A DNA stretch of 64,000 nt from Nannocystales bacterium. Lineage in GTDB: Bacteria > Myxococcota_A > Polyangia > Nannocystales > Nannocystaceae. Location of the stretch: contig JBOEGF010000018.1 in NCBI GenBank assembly GCA_050633305.1, positions 608,001 to 672,000 on the forward strand, written 5' to 3'. Each line of letters begins with the position of its first letter. Position 1 is the first letter of the stretch. The translations under genes were made by a program, and so were the position numbers. Shown here one piece after another: positions 39,173 through 48,740 of the stretch. The notes below the pieces were generated by a model. The model worked only from the letters and a program-made list of their open reading frames with translations. It did no database searches and was not told the DNA's origin.

Positions 39173-39739
39173 CTACTCGGGTTGCGCCTCGTGCTGTTCG
39201 AGTCGGACCTCGACCCGTCGCTCGCCATCCTCGTCCACCACATCGACGTGAATGTCGCCTTCGACGCCGTCGGCTCGGAGCTTCTCGATGACCTCGGCTT
39301 TGACTTCGTCGGGGGTCTTGTCCTTGTCGGCCGCGATGGCGATGCCTTCCGCGTCGACCGGGCCGTGCGGGACAGCAGCGTCCTCGATCGAGACAGAGGC
39401 GTCACCGAGCCCATCGAAGTCTGCGACCGCGACTTGCAGCTCGTCGGGACTTGGCATGTCGAGACCGGCCAAGGTGAGGCGTGCTCGGGTGGGGCCATCG
39501 TTGGCCTGCTCGATTGCGAGCTCGACCGACTGAATCTCGGCGAGACCCTCGAGGTGCTTGGCCAACGCGTGCAGGGTACTCGCGTCAAGATCGCCCTCGA
39601 GCACTACCGCGCGGGCTTCGGCTTCGCCCGGATTGGAGGGCGCCTCGGCCGCTCGGGGTTCGCTGGCGGTGTCGTTGGAGGTCGCGCAACCGAGGGAAAG
39701 CGCGGCGAGAAGGGCACAGAAGGGGAGTCGTGCAGTCAT
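39173..39739 (-). CDS. Lipoprotein resembling the anti-sigma extracytoplasmic domain
   Basis: LSLG-C lipobox; stop lies 4 nt before the sigma start; aligns by eye with the 37878-38588 C-terminal domain. Confidence 0.7.
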   Translation of the reverse strand: MTARLPFCALLAALSLGCATSNDTASEPRAAEAPSNPGEAEARAVVLEGDLDASTLHALAKHLEGLAEIQSVELAIEQANDGPTRARLTLAGLDMPSPDELQVAVADFDGLGDASVSIEDAAVPHGPVDAEGIAIAADKDKTPDEVKAEVIEKLRADGVEGDIHVDVVDEDGERRVEVRLEQHEAQPE

Positions 39740-39822
39740 GTCAGCGTCTCCTACGGTGGCGTGCCCGAAAGGGTGACATGGGCCCCGAGAAAAGACTCGG
39801 GACCCTCAGTGCGCCCCTGCGG

Positions 39823-41931
39823 CTATTTGCAGCCGCTCATCTCGGGGAAGGAGCAGTTCCCGTCCGTGCAGGTGTTTTCGATCGAGCCAGTCCGGAAGAA
39901 GGTGTCCATCTGTTGCCGCGCTTCATCAAGCCCACGAACCCTCCCGTGTGGGTCCTCGCAGGCCCGCTGCGGCGTGTTGGTCACGGGGTCGGCCGGAAGC
40001 CCGAACTCGTACTCGACATACGCGGATCCTGCGATCGGCCCGGCCTCGGAGTCGAGCCCCCAGATCTCTCGAATCCCGGTGTCGAGGTGCGGGATGTCCA
40101 GCGAGCGCGACATGATATGCGCGCCGAAGTTGGTGACTTGGTGATCCCCGACGGCCGCGCGAATGAGGACTTCTTTGGGGTCGGTGCCTGGGAACGTATC
40201 GCCGAGCAGGTACGGCGCGTAGCCGGTGGGCTCGATGCGGTCCCACAGCATCTGTGCGTAGTTGAGCAGCATCATGTGGTCGCGGGAGTCCGGGTAGCTG
40301 GCGCGCATGATGTCGAAGAACAGATCGAAGTCGACGCTGCGGCTGAGCAACACGTTGTAGGGCATGCCCGGCACACCGAAGGTGCCTCGCTGAACGTCGG
40401 TCGACAGAGCCATGTACGTGGGGCCGTAGATGCCGCCCTGACTGATGCCGAGGTAGTGGCCGGCGCTGTTGTCGATGAGCGCCCCGTACGTTTCGTCCTG
40501 CGCGAACGTGGTGAGCATCATTCGCATCGCGACGAGGGAGTTGACCATGCCCTGCTGCTGACGATCGATGACCTGCTTGAACTGGTCGAACGAGCCGTTG
40601 CCGAGCATGGCGCCGATGAACAACTCATCATCCTCCGAGAACCCGATGAAGGTGACGCCGAACAGCGCGTAGCCGTAGTCGTTGATGAACTCGCGGAAGT
40701 GTCCGCTCTCGATCTGCGATTTGCTCCCCAGCAGGCCGTGTCCGTACTGCAGAGGGCGAACGGGGGTGGTGGCTGCCGAGGTCGGAATCAGAATCTCGAC
40801 CTCGAACATCGCGGTGCCGGTGGGCTCGGGCATGCCGTCGTCGCCAAACTGCAAGGTCGACAGCGGCGCGACTTGGTCGAGGTACATCGGTACCTCCAGG
40901 TCGAGGAAGATGCGGTGGGCGATCAAGCCCTCTTTGTCCCACTCGTCGTCGACGCTGGTGATCGTGTAGCTGGGTCCGTCCTCCCCGATGAGGTCGAAGG
41001 CTTCGTCCCGCATGTGAACCATCCACCCGGTGTTGTTCTCGCGGGAGGAGGTCGAGAAGTCCCACGCAAGCTGGAGGCTGTCGCGGTCGATGCCCGCGGC
41101 GGTGGTGTGCGTGAAGATGTCTCCGTACAGAGGGCGACGGTCGTTGATCGCGTCGTCGTCCGAGTCGCTACGGTCTCGGAGGGCGGCAAAGCCGTCCGTC
41201 GCTGAGATCGTGTTGCCGTCGCCGTCTTGCAGCCCTCGAATGGCGACGATGTACCGCGACGCGTCATTGAGGCGAATCGCCGGACGAATCATGAACAACC
41301 GCTGGGCATCGTCGGACCCCGTGGCGTCGAGGTCGACCCAGTGCGGCACCCGTTCGCCTGTGGTGACATCGAGAAGCACGGTCGGCGAGTCGTCTTCCAA
41401 CGAGCGGGGAATGGAGACCGCAGTTGCGACCGTGGCGGCCGTCAGCGAGTCTTGGGTCACGTCGGGGAAGTGGGCACTGATTGCGATGCCGGGGGAGAAG
41501 CCGTCCAGCTCATTCCAGGGCGTCGGGTCTGCGCTGAGTCCTGCGGCGTCGGCCGGGAGGAGTTCCTGGGCCAGCATCACGCGGCGGCCCGTGCTCGTGG
41601 CCTTGTCCTCGACCGTGTAGACGTTGGAGGGGAACGGGGCCGAGCAGTACGTGGGTACCAGCGGATCGCAGCCGAGTAGGGGCCAGTCTTCGGCGGCGGG
41701 CTCGGGTCCCAAGCCCGTCGAGCTGCCGTCGGCGGCGGTGGTCGTCGGTCCGCTCGTGGACTCCGCGGCGGTCGTGGTGCCGCCCATCGTGGTGTCGGCC
41801 GAGCTTGTCGAGCCACCCGTGCTGCCTCCGGCCGAGGGCCCGTCGTCACCGCATCCGGGGGCGAACGAGACGAGTCCGGTCAAGACGAGCGCCGTGGCGC
41901 GCTGGGTCAGGCTTCCAAGTTCGAACCGCAT
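39823..41931 (-). CDS. Lipoprotein alpha/beta hydrolase (lipase-like, with N-terminal accessory domain)
   Basis: APG-C lipobox, Thr linker, PFPSN, LDGFSP, YGHGLLG, GISQGG nucleophile elbow, GDHQV. Confidence 0.8.
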   Translation of the reverse strand: MRFELGSLTQRATALVLTGLVSFAPGCGDDGPSAGGSTGGSTSSADTTMGGTTTAAESTSGPTTTAADGSSTGLGPEPAAEDWPLLGCDPLVPTYCSAPFPSNVYTVEDKATSTGRRVMLAQELLPADAAGLSADPTPWNELDGFSPGIAISAHFPDVTQDSLTAATVATAVSIPRSLEDDSPTVLLDVTTGERVPHWVDLDATGSDDAQRLFMIRPAIRLNDASRYIVAIRGLQDGDGNTISATDGFAALRDRSDSDDDAINDRRPLYGDIFTHTTAAGIDRDSLQLAWDFSTSSRENNTGWMVHMRDEAFDLIGEDGPSYTITSVDDEWDKEGLIAHRIFLDLEVPMYLDQVAPLSTLQFGDDGMPEPTGTAMFEVEILIPTSAATTPVRPLQYGHGLLGSKSQIESGHFREFINDYGYALFGVTFIGFSEDDELFIGAMLGNGSFDQFKQVIDRQQQGMVNSLVAMRMMLTTFAQDETYGALIDNSAGHYLGISQGGIYGPTYMALSTDVQRGTFGVPGMPYNVLLSRSVDFDLFFDIMRASYPDSRDHMMLLNYAQMLWDRIEPTGYAPYLLGDTFPGTDPKEVLIRAAVGDHQVTNFGAHIMSRSLDIPHLDTGIREIWGLDSEAGPIAGSAYVEYEFGLPADPVTNTPQRACEDPHGRVRGLDEARQQMDTFFRTGSIENTCTDGNCSFPEMSGCK

Positions 41932-42214
41932 TCGGGGAACATACAACACGGCACACAGGCGCGGATTTTGAGGCAATGAAGCCGCCGGACATCGTTTCGG
42001 CCCAAGGGCTGGGCGCGCGGCCTTGCTGTGACACGGAGTTGATGAGAGATGATTCAGGTCTCATGTTCATGGGCGTCGATGATGAAGCAGAGCTTCCTGG
42101 CCTTGTTCCTGAGCACAGCGGCTGCGGCCTGCAGCTCCCCGAGCAGTCGGACCAATACGACAACCTGACCAACGTGCGGGGGCTGGCAGCGAAACGCCTG
42201 GGGCGGGTTTCGCC

Positions 42215-42723
42215 ATGGCCGGAGTACGCGTGACATCATCTACTGCCGAGTTCGTCGATTCGTCGGGCGATTCGGGTGCCCTCGAGGACGGAACGTACTC
42301 CCGGGTCGTCACCGAGAGCACCTGGGGAGGCCCCCGCGCGGTGGAGCGGGGACGTACTGGTTGGTTCCCGCCTACCAGCGTCGTCAACCGTTTTCACGCC
42401 GCGGCCCTCGACCTCTCCAACGCCGGGTTCGGTGTCTCGGGCGGGGTGTTGAATGTCCTCGACGACATCATCCGCAACAAGCTCTCCGCCAAGCCGGGCG
42501 GAGGCGTCGCGCGCTCGAACCTGCAACCGGTGGAGCGCGCCAACTTCATCGGTGCCGAGGACGACCTCAACGTGTCGTGGCGCATCATGCCGATGCGGCA
42601 TATCTCGACTTGGGCGGCTACTACAGCTAGCCCGAGCTCGTGGAGCCCGACGAGATGATGCAGGCGGTACGCCCCCGCGACCCGCGGGCCACCGCTGTCA
42701 CCCTCAAGTGGCTGATGTTCTGA
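42215..42723 (+). pseudogene. Remnant of a probable outer-membrane beta-barrel gene
   Basis: Amphipathic strand-like segments in frame 42215 shift near 42590 to AYLDLGGYYS*PELV...RPRDPRATAVTLKWLMF*; in-frame TAG at 42628; terminal Phe; stop overlaps the GAGGAG RBS of the next gene. Confidence 0.55.
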
Positions 42724-42731
42724 GGAGCACG

Positions 42732-43931
42732 ATGATGGATCCCATCTCTCGTATCATCGCCGCACTGCCTCTGATGCTCGCCTTCGGTGCGTCCAGCGGA
42801 TGCAAACCCTCTGCGAAGCTCGCCTCGTTCTCGCAGCTCGAGTATGCGTTCTCCGTCGAGACCGCCAACATCGATGGTACGAGGCTCGCCTACGTCGATG
42901 TCGGGAAGGGCCCGCAGACGTTGGTGCTGATTCACGGATTGGGCAGCTACATGCCCTCATGGCGCAACAACGTTGCCGCGCTGTCCAAGCACGCTCGTGT
43001 CGTCGCGCTGGACCTGCCTGGATATGGACAGAGCGACAAGCCGCTGGCGCCCTATTCGATGGGCTACTTCGTCGCGAAGATTCGTGGGCTGCTGGAGGCG
43101 CTGGACGTCCACCACCCCGTGCTCGTGGGGCATTCGATGGGCGGCCAGATCGCGATGACCTACGCGTTGCAGCATCCTGAGGACGTCGCGGGCTTGGTCT
43201 TGGCCTCACCCGCTGGATTGGAGACGTTCGCGGACGGCGAGGCGAAGTGGCTCGCCAACGCAGTGACCCCGGAGTTCACGTGTCTGGCCTCGGACGAGTC
43301 GATCGACGTACGCCACGCGGGCAACTTCCACGCGATACCCAAGGATGCGGAGTTCATGGTCGCCGACCGCATCGCGATGAAGGGGGCAGCCGAGTTTGCC
43401 GACTACTGCGTTGCGGTCTCGCGCTCGGTCGCCGGAATGCTCGACGGTCCGGTTCATGAACGCCTCGGAGACCTCACCGCGCCGACGCTGGTGAGCTTTG
43501 GCAAGCACGACAACTTGATCCCCAACCCCTTCCTGCATCCGGGCAGCACGGTCCGCCTCGCGAAGCGGGAGGTCGCCCGGATCCCGGGCGCGTCGCTGGT
43601 GGTGCTCAACGCCGGGCACATGGCCCACTACGAGCAGGCCGACGCGTGGAACGACGCAGTGCTTCGGTTTGTCCGGAATCTGCCGATCCCGGAGCCCACC
43701 GAAGAATCGGCGAAGGGGGCCACCGCGACGGTCGAGCAGGAGGCGGACCCCGTCGTGGCCCCGGATCCGGCCGGGGATCGTGAGCCCGGGCCTGTTCCCG
43801 AGCCTGTCAGCTCCGAGGTCCTGCCCGACGCCGACGTGCCCGAGGAGCAGGGCGAGCAGGCTCCATCGGTGCAGGCCGAGCTTCCCGGGCCCTCGGCCCT
43901 CGATCCTTCCGGAACCACCGCCGGGAAGTGA
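42732..43931 (+). CDS. Alpha/beta hydrolase lipoprotein with Pro/Glu-rich tail
   Basis: GAGGAG RBS; SSG-C lipobox; LIHGLG, DLPGYG, GHSMGG, AGH. Confidence 0.88.
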   Translation: MMDPISRIIAALPLMLAFGASSGCKPSAKLASFSQLEYAFSVETANIDGTRLAYVDVGKGPQTLVLIHGLGSYMPSWRNNVAALSKHARVVALDLPGYGQSDKPLAPYSMGYFVAKIRGLLEALDVHHPVLVGHSMGGQIAMTYALQHPEDVAGLVLASPAGLETFADGEAKWLANAVTPEFTCLASDESIDVRHAGNFHAIPKDAEFMVADRIAMKGAAEFADYCVAVSRSVAGMLDGPVHERLGDLTAPTLVSFGKHDNLIPNPFLHPGSTVRLAKREVARIPGASLVVLNAGHMAHYEQADAWNDAVLRFVRNLPIPEPTEESAKGATATVEQEADPVVAPDPAGDREPGPVPEPVSSEVLPDADVPEEQGEQAPSVQAELPGPSALDPSGTTAGK

Positions 43932-43992
43932 TGCGCAGTGCCCGAAGAAGACTTGCTCGGTTGGAGACCGGCGGCCATCATGCCGCCCTGCC

Positions 43993-44592
43993 GTGGCTGA
44001 TCCCCGAAACTCTGCGCTGACCGCCCGCGGTCAGCGAACCCGAACCAAACTGCTGGGCGCCGCCGAGCGGGTCTTCGGCGAGATGGGATTCGAGCGCGCT
44101 TCGATCGTGGAGATCACGAAAGCCGCTGGCGTCGCGCAGGGCACGTTTTACGTGTACTTCGAGAGCAAGCAGAGCCTCTTCGCTCAGCTCGTCGATGCGC
44201 TCGGTGCATCGCTGCGCCAAGCTCTGGCAGACGCTACGGTGGGGCTCGATTCTCGAATGGCGGTCGAAGAGGCCGGCTTCGATGCGTTTCTAGGCTTCAT
44301 TCAGGCGCATCGGCACCTCTACAAGATCGTGCGGCAAGCCGAGTTCGTCGACGAAGAACTCTACCGGCGTTACTACACCCGGCTTGCAGAGGGGACGATT
44401 CGCGCGCTGGAGTCGGCGATGGCGGAGGGCGAGTTTGTGACGCGTGATGCCGAGGCCATCGCGTACACGCTCATGGGCATCTTCGATTTCATCGGGATGC
44501 GCTGGGTGTTGTGGGAGGGCAAGTTGCCACCTCCGCAGGTTCGGGAGTCGGTGTTGAGCTTCATCGCCGCGGCGCTCAGCCCACGGGCGTAG
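43993..44592 (+). CDS. TetR/AcrR family transcriptional regulator
   Basis: GFERASIVEITKAAGVAQGTFYVYFESK helix-turn-helix; GTG 43993. Confidence 0.92.
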   Translation: MADPRNSALTARGQRTRTKLLGAAERVFGEMGFERASIVEITKAAGVAQGTFYVYFESKQSLFAQLVDALGASLRQALADATVGLDSRMAVEEAGFDAFLGFIQAHRHLYKIVRQAEFVDEELYRRYYTRLAEGTIRALESAMAEGEFVTRDAEAIAYTLMGIFDFIGMRWVLWEGKLPPPQVRESVLSFIAAALSPRA

Positions 44593-44641
44593 GCCAGCGC
44601 ACATCGCAGTCGTGCGTACGGGTTTGCGTGGAACTGAAATG

Positions 44642-44655
44642 TGAACCATGTTTCA
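44642..44655. promoter_or_regulatory. Near-palindromic operator candidate
   Basis: TGAACCATGTTTCA (one mismatched pair) in an AT-rich gap between the TetR and esterase genes. Confidence 0.45.
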
Positions 44656-45968
44656 TGTTAGTTGTGAAACACCGGAGAGCTCAGGCTTTGGGACGGGCAG
44701 CGGGGTTTGCGGCGTTGGTCATGGCGGCGCTCGCGTGCAGTGAGGCACACGCGGAATGGACGGCCGAGGTGCTTGGGGGGATGAACGTCCAGATCTACGC
44801 ACCTGCGGCGAGCTCACCGGTGGGATCCGGTCGGGCGTTGATGGTGGTGTTGCACGGCTGCACCCAAAACGCGGTGGTGCTGCGAGACGATGGGAATCTC
44901 GAGCCGGCCGCCGACTCGCTCGGTGTCGTGATGGCGGTTCCGGCGGTCCCCGGCGGCGGGGTGCTGGCGGGCTGCTGGGACTACTACGGTTCTCTGCACA
45001 CGCGAACCTCCAGCCACAACGGTCCCGTCCTCGACATGGTCGAGCAGCTCTTGAACGACCCCGCGCTTTCGATCGACCCCAACCAGGTGTACGTCGCCGG
45101 TCTCTCGTCGGGGGGCGGCGAAGCGCTGGTGTTGGGATGCGTCGCTCCGGACATCTTTGCGGGTGTCGGCGTGGTCGCGGGGCCTTCGTTGGGAACCGCG
45201 TCCTCGGAGATTGGGGTCGTCAGCACGACGGCCGTCGAATCCGCGGCTGCATGCGAGCTGCTCGCCGGGGACCATGCGGCGTCGCTCCAGACACAGGCGG
45301 CGTTCACGTTTGCCGATGGGACCGACTTCACGGTGGCGCCCGGCTACAACGCCGTGAACGCGGAGATGTTCGGCCTCGTCTACGCGGATGGGCTGGGGAA
45401 CATGGACGCCGAGGCCCTCGATATGGCCGAGTTGCCCGGGGTGATGCCCGCGGGTCACTGGACGACGTACGCCGACGCGGACGGCGTTCGTATCGCGCAG
45501 CTCGACTCCAGCGCGGGCGAGGGACATGCGTGGCCATCGGGGTCGGGCGTTACGGGCGGCTTGCTCACGTACGTCAACGGCAACGGTCTAAACATCTCTC
45601 AGTTCGCGGCCGAGTTTTTTGCCGCTCATAACCCTCGCGCGGGCGGCTGGACACCACCATCGGGCGAGACCGACGGGTCGACTGGGGGCGGGGAGTCCGG
45701 CGACGCCGCGACGACCGACGGTCCGTCTGGCGTGGGGTCGTCGAGCTCCGGAAGCTCCGCGGGGGGATCGGACCCGACCGACGCCTCCAGTGCCGGGAGC
45801 GTCGACCCCTCGGCCAGCAGCGGGGACGGGTCCGGAACGGGCGGTGCGGACGCGCCGGATCCGTCTGGGTGCTCCGTTCCCGCTCGCCCCGCGTTGGGCA
45901 CGGTGATGATGCTCGGCTTGCTGCTGCTGGGCCTACGCCGCCGCCGCCCTCGCACCCTGAGCGTATGA
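44655..45968 (+). CDS. PHB depolymerase family esterase with MYXO-CTERM tail
   Basis: Signal ending AHA, LHGCTQ, GCWDY, AGLSSGG, GHAW; C-terminal GCSV...LLLLGLRRRR; start uncertain. Confidence 0.88.
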   Translation: MLVVKHRRAQALGRAAGFAALVMAALACSEAHAEWTAEVLGGMNVQIYAPAASSPVGSGRALMVVLHGCTQNAVVLRDDGNLEPAADSLGVVMAVPAVPGGGVLAGCWDYYGSLHTRTSSHNGPVLDMVEQLLNDPALSIDPNQVYVAGLSSGGGEALVLGCVAPDIFAGVGVVAGPSLGTASSEIGVVSTTAVESAAACELLAGDHAASLQTQAAFTFADGTDFTVAPGYNAVNAEMFGLVYADGLGNMDAEALDMAELPGVMPAGHWTTYADADGVRIAQLDSSAGEGHAWPSGSGVTGGLLTYVNGNGLNISQFAAEFFAAHNPRAGGWTPPSGETDGSTGGGESGDAATTDGPSGVGSSSSGSSAGGSDPTDASSAGSVDPSASSGDGSGTGGADAPDPSGCSVPARPALGTVMMLGLLLLGLRRRRPRTLSV

Positions 45969-46604
45969 CAGCCCGATGGAGCGCCGCACATGGGCGCCGC
46001 GCTCCAGCGTGTCGAGCATGCTGTGTGCGACGTCGGCACGGCTGATCTTCCACGTCAGGCCGCTGGTCTGATCTCCGAAACCCGACTCGTAGGTGCCCGA
46101 AACCGGGTCGTCCGTGAGGTAGGGGGGGCGGATGAGTGTCCAATCGACGTCGCTTGTCATGATCGTCTGCTCTTGCGTCTCGTGGTCGGCGATCACGTGA
46201 CGGAGAAAGAACGGGAAGATGATTGCGCGGGTGAAAAGCGGGACGTGTTCGCGGGTTTCGGCGATGCCATAAACCGACACGGCGACAAGTCTGCGAACGC
46301 CGGTCTTGCGCATCGCATCGACCGTGGCGTGTGCGGCTCGGGTCCGAATCTTGTCCTTGTTCCGCGCAGGTGCCCCCAACGCGCTCAGCACGGCATCCGT
46401 ACCTGCGAGCAGCTCAGCGACGTCCTCGGGCTCGGTAGCGTCGCCCCGTACGATGGTGAGATTGGGGTGTTGCACGTCCAGCGAGCTGCCGCGGCGGACG
46501 AGGGCACGGACCTGGTATCCGCGCTCGAGGGCCTGTTCGAGCAGGCTCCGACCGATCCCGCGGGTGGCTCCAAGGAGGGCGAGGGTTGCGTTGGCGTTGG
46601 CCAT
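45933..46604 (-). CDS. NAD(P)H-binding atypical SDR (flavin/biliverdin reductase-like)
   Basis: LGATRGIG, DAVLSALG, DWTLIRP, ISRADVA. Confidence 0.88.
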   Translation of the reverse strand: MANANATLALLGATRGIGRSLLEQALERGYQVRALVRRGSSLDVQHPNLTIVRGDATEPEDVAELLAGTDAVLSALGAPARNKDKIRTRAAHATVDAMRKTGVRRLVAVSVYGIAETREHVPLFTRAIIFPFFLRHVIADHETQEQTIMTSDVDWTLIRPPYLTDDPVSGTYESGFGDQTSGLTWKISRADVAHSMLDTLERGAHVRRSIGLSYAQGARAAAA

Positions 46605-46621
46605 GAATGCAATGTGCGGCC

Positions 46622-46635
46622 TTCATCGACATGAA
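46622..46635. promoter_or_regulatory. LysR-box-like palindrome
   Basis: TTCAT-CGAC-ATGAA between the divergent SDR and LysR genes. Confidence 0.5.
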
Positions 46636-46660
46636 TCCAATGGAGTATGCTTGTGGCGCC

Positions 46661-47611
46661 ATGACTCTGGCTCATGATGATGTCGAGGCCCTGCGCGGGG
46701 TTGATCTGAACCTTCTTGTCGCGTTTGACGCGGTGGCGCGGACCGGGAATGTCACGGCGGCAGCGCGAGTCGTCGGGGTCACGCAGTCGGCGATGAGCCA
46801 CGCGTTGCGCCGTCTCCGGGCGTTGTTTGATGACCCACTCTTCGTTCGCAGTCCCGGCGGTGTCTCGCTGACTCCACGCGCCGAGGGGCTGGTGGTTCCG
46901 CTACGCAATGGCCTGGTCATCCTCGCCAGAGCGCTGCATGAACCGGGCGAGTTCGAACCCAAGACCACCTCCCGTACCTTCGTCGTGAGCGCCGTCGATC
47001 TGGTCACGTGGGTGGGGGTGCCCGAGATGCTCCGGGTGCTCGCCGCCGACGCGCCGGGCGCCGCGCTCACCGTGCGTCCGTTGGGGGCCGAGTTCGCGCA
47101 TGGGCTCGAGACCGGGGAGATCGATCTCGGCGTTGTGCCTCTGCTCGAAGACCCCGAGCCGTTCGACCGCGGTTTCCAGCTCCCGGGAAGCCTGCGGCAG
47201 CGAGTGGCTCGCCGCGACGGCTATCGCTGCTACGTTCGTGAGCAACACCCCGCGTTGGGGAAGGTGAAACGTCTCAGTCGAAAGGCCTACGCGGGTCTCG
47301 ACCACGTGCTGGTCTCGCCCCGGGGCTCGGGCACAGGCGTGGTCGATCGAGTCCTGGCGCAAGCCGAGCTCGAACGCAGCGTCCGCTTGCGTGTGCCGAG
47401 CTTTCCCGCCGCGCTGCAGGCCGTCGCGTGCAGCGACCTGGTCCTGACCGGACCCACGGCGCTCGATGGTCTTGTCCCAGGGGTCCGTTCACTCCCGGTC
47501 CCTATCGGCTTGCCCAAGCACGCGATCACCTTGGTCTGGCATCCGCGGATGGATGCAGACCCGGGGCATCAGTGGTTCCGCAACATCGCCGCGGAGGCAC
47601 TCCGCGGTTGA
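46661..47611 (+). CDS. LysR family transcriptional regulator
   Basis: DLNLLVAF, VTAAA, TQSAMSHALRRLR, DPLFVR, DPGHQWFR; start uncertain. Confidence 0.93.
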   Translation: MTLAHDDVEALRGVDLNLLVAFDAVARTGNVTAAARVVGVTQSAMSHALRRLRALFDDPLFVRSPGGVSLTPRAEGLVVPLRNGLVILARALHEPGEFEPKTTSRTFVVSAVDLVTWVGVPEMLRVLAADAPGAALTVRPLGAEFAHGLETGEIDLGVVPLLEDPEPFDRGFQLPGSLRQRVARRDGYRCYVREQHPALGKVKRLSRKAYAGLDHVLVSPRGSGTGVVDRVLAQAELERSVRLRVPSFPAALQAVACSDLVLTGPTALDGLVPGVRSLPVPIGLPKHAITLVWHPRMDADPGHQWFRNIAAEALRG

Positions 47612-47654
47612 GCCGACGATTCTCTTCGCTGACGATCGACGGTAGTCTGCGCGC

Positions 47655-48740
47655 ATGAACTTGCGATGGAGCGCTGCAGCCTGCCTCTTGGTGGCCCAGT
47701 CGTTGGCCTGCGGAGACGACTCGGACTCGGGGCCCGCGCCGGGATCAACGGGGGCGGTGACAGCTGGCGAGAGTACGGGGTCCGAGTCCGGTTCCACGCA
47801 AGCAGGGTCGTCGAGCAGTGGCGGTTCCAGCACGACGTCTGTCGATGACGGCGAAAGCAGCAGCTCGACCACGGGCGCGCCCTCGTCGTGCTGGGACGAC
47901 CTCGAGGTGGGGGAGGTCGAGGTCCTGTACGAGGGGTTTGCCGAGGGGAGTGAGGGAATCGCGTTCACCTCCGACGGGCGCCTCATCGTCACGACGCTCA
48001 GTGATGGGGTGGGGACCCTGTGGGAGATCAGTCCGGAGGGCGTCGCCACGGAGTTCGTACAGGTGCCCTATGCCCTCGGCCTGGCACCGCGAAGCGACGG
48101 CAGCCTGGTGGTCGCAAGCCTCGGGGAGATCATGGAGCCCGACGGCGGGGTCTACGAGGTCTCGAGTCGCGGTCGGGCAACCTTGCTCACCGAAGGCATC
48201 GACAGCGCAAACTTCGTCGCGCTCGCGCCCGATGGCTCCATCCTCGTCTCCGACGACTTTGATACCCGGGTGTTCCGCGTTCAGCAGGACGGAACCCTCT
48301 CGACCGTGATCGAGGACGTGCCCTCACCCAACGGCATCGCCTACTCCCCGGACAACACCGCGTTCTACGTGGCGTCCACGTTCAGTGTGAATGGGGAGCT
48401 GACCCGGTACGACGTCGATGGGGACGGCCTTCCGATCGAGTCGAGCGCGGTCGAGATCCTCCACACCGGGCCAGGATCGGTGAACGACGGCATTGGCGTC
48501 GATGTGGATGGGAATGTCTACGTGCTCGCGAACTTCTCCGGTGAGCTGTGGCGAGTCGATGGAAACGCGACCGAGCTGCAGGACGGGGAGGTGCTCGTCG
48601 AGGGGCTGGACTCGCCTGCGAGCATGGCGTTCGGTCGGGGCAAGAACTTCGACCCGTGCTCTGCGTACATCACGGAGCTGTTGGGCCCCCGGGTCGTTCG
48701 AGTCTCGCTCGGCGTGGAAGGAGCTGCTCTGCATGACTAA
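47655..48740 (+). CDS. SMP-30/gluconolactonase-family beta-propeller lipoprotein
   Basis: SLA-C lipobox, SEGIAF, PNGIAYSPD, NDGIGVDVDGNVYV. Confidence 0.85.
   Translation: MNLRWSAAACLLVAQSLACGDDSDSGPAPGSTGAVTAGESTGSESGSTQAGSSSSGGSSTTSVDDGESSSSTTGAPSSCWDDLEVGEVEVLYEGFAEGSEGIAFTSDGRLIVTTLSDGVGTLWEISPEGVATEFVQVPYALGLAPRSDGSLVVASLGEIMEPDGGVYEVSSRGRATLLTEGIDSANFVALAPDGSILVSDDFDTRVFRVQQDGTLSTVIEDVPSPNGIAYSPDNTAFYVASTFSVNGELTRYDVDGDGLPIESSAVEILHTGPGSVNDGIGVDVDGNVYVLANFSGELWRVDGNATELQDGEVLVEGLDSPASMAFGRGKNFDPCSAYITELLGPRVVRVSLGVEGAALHD

Noticed and set aside
42628..42630. In-frame TAG as pyrrolysine or programmed readthrough
   Set aside because: The same gene also has a frameshift and lacks its 5' part, so decay is the simpler explanation; no pyl genes are in the window.
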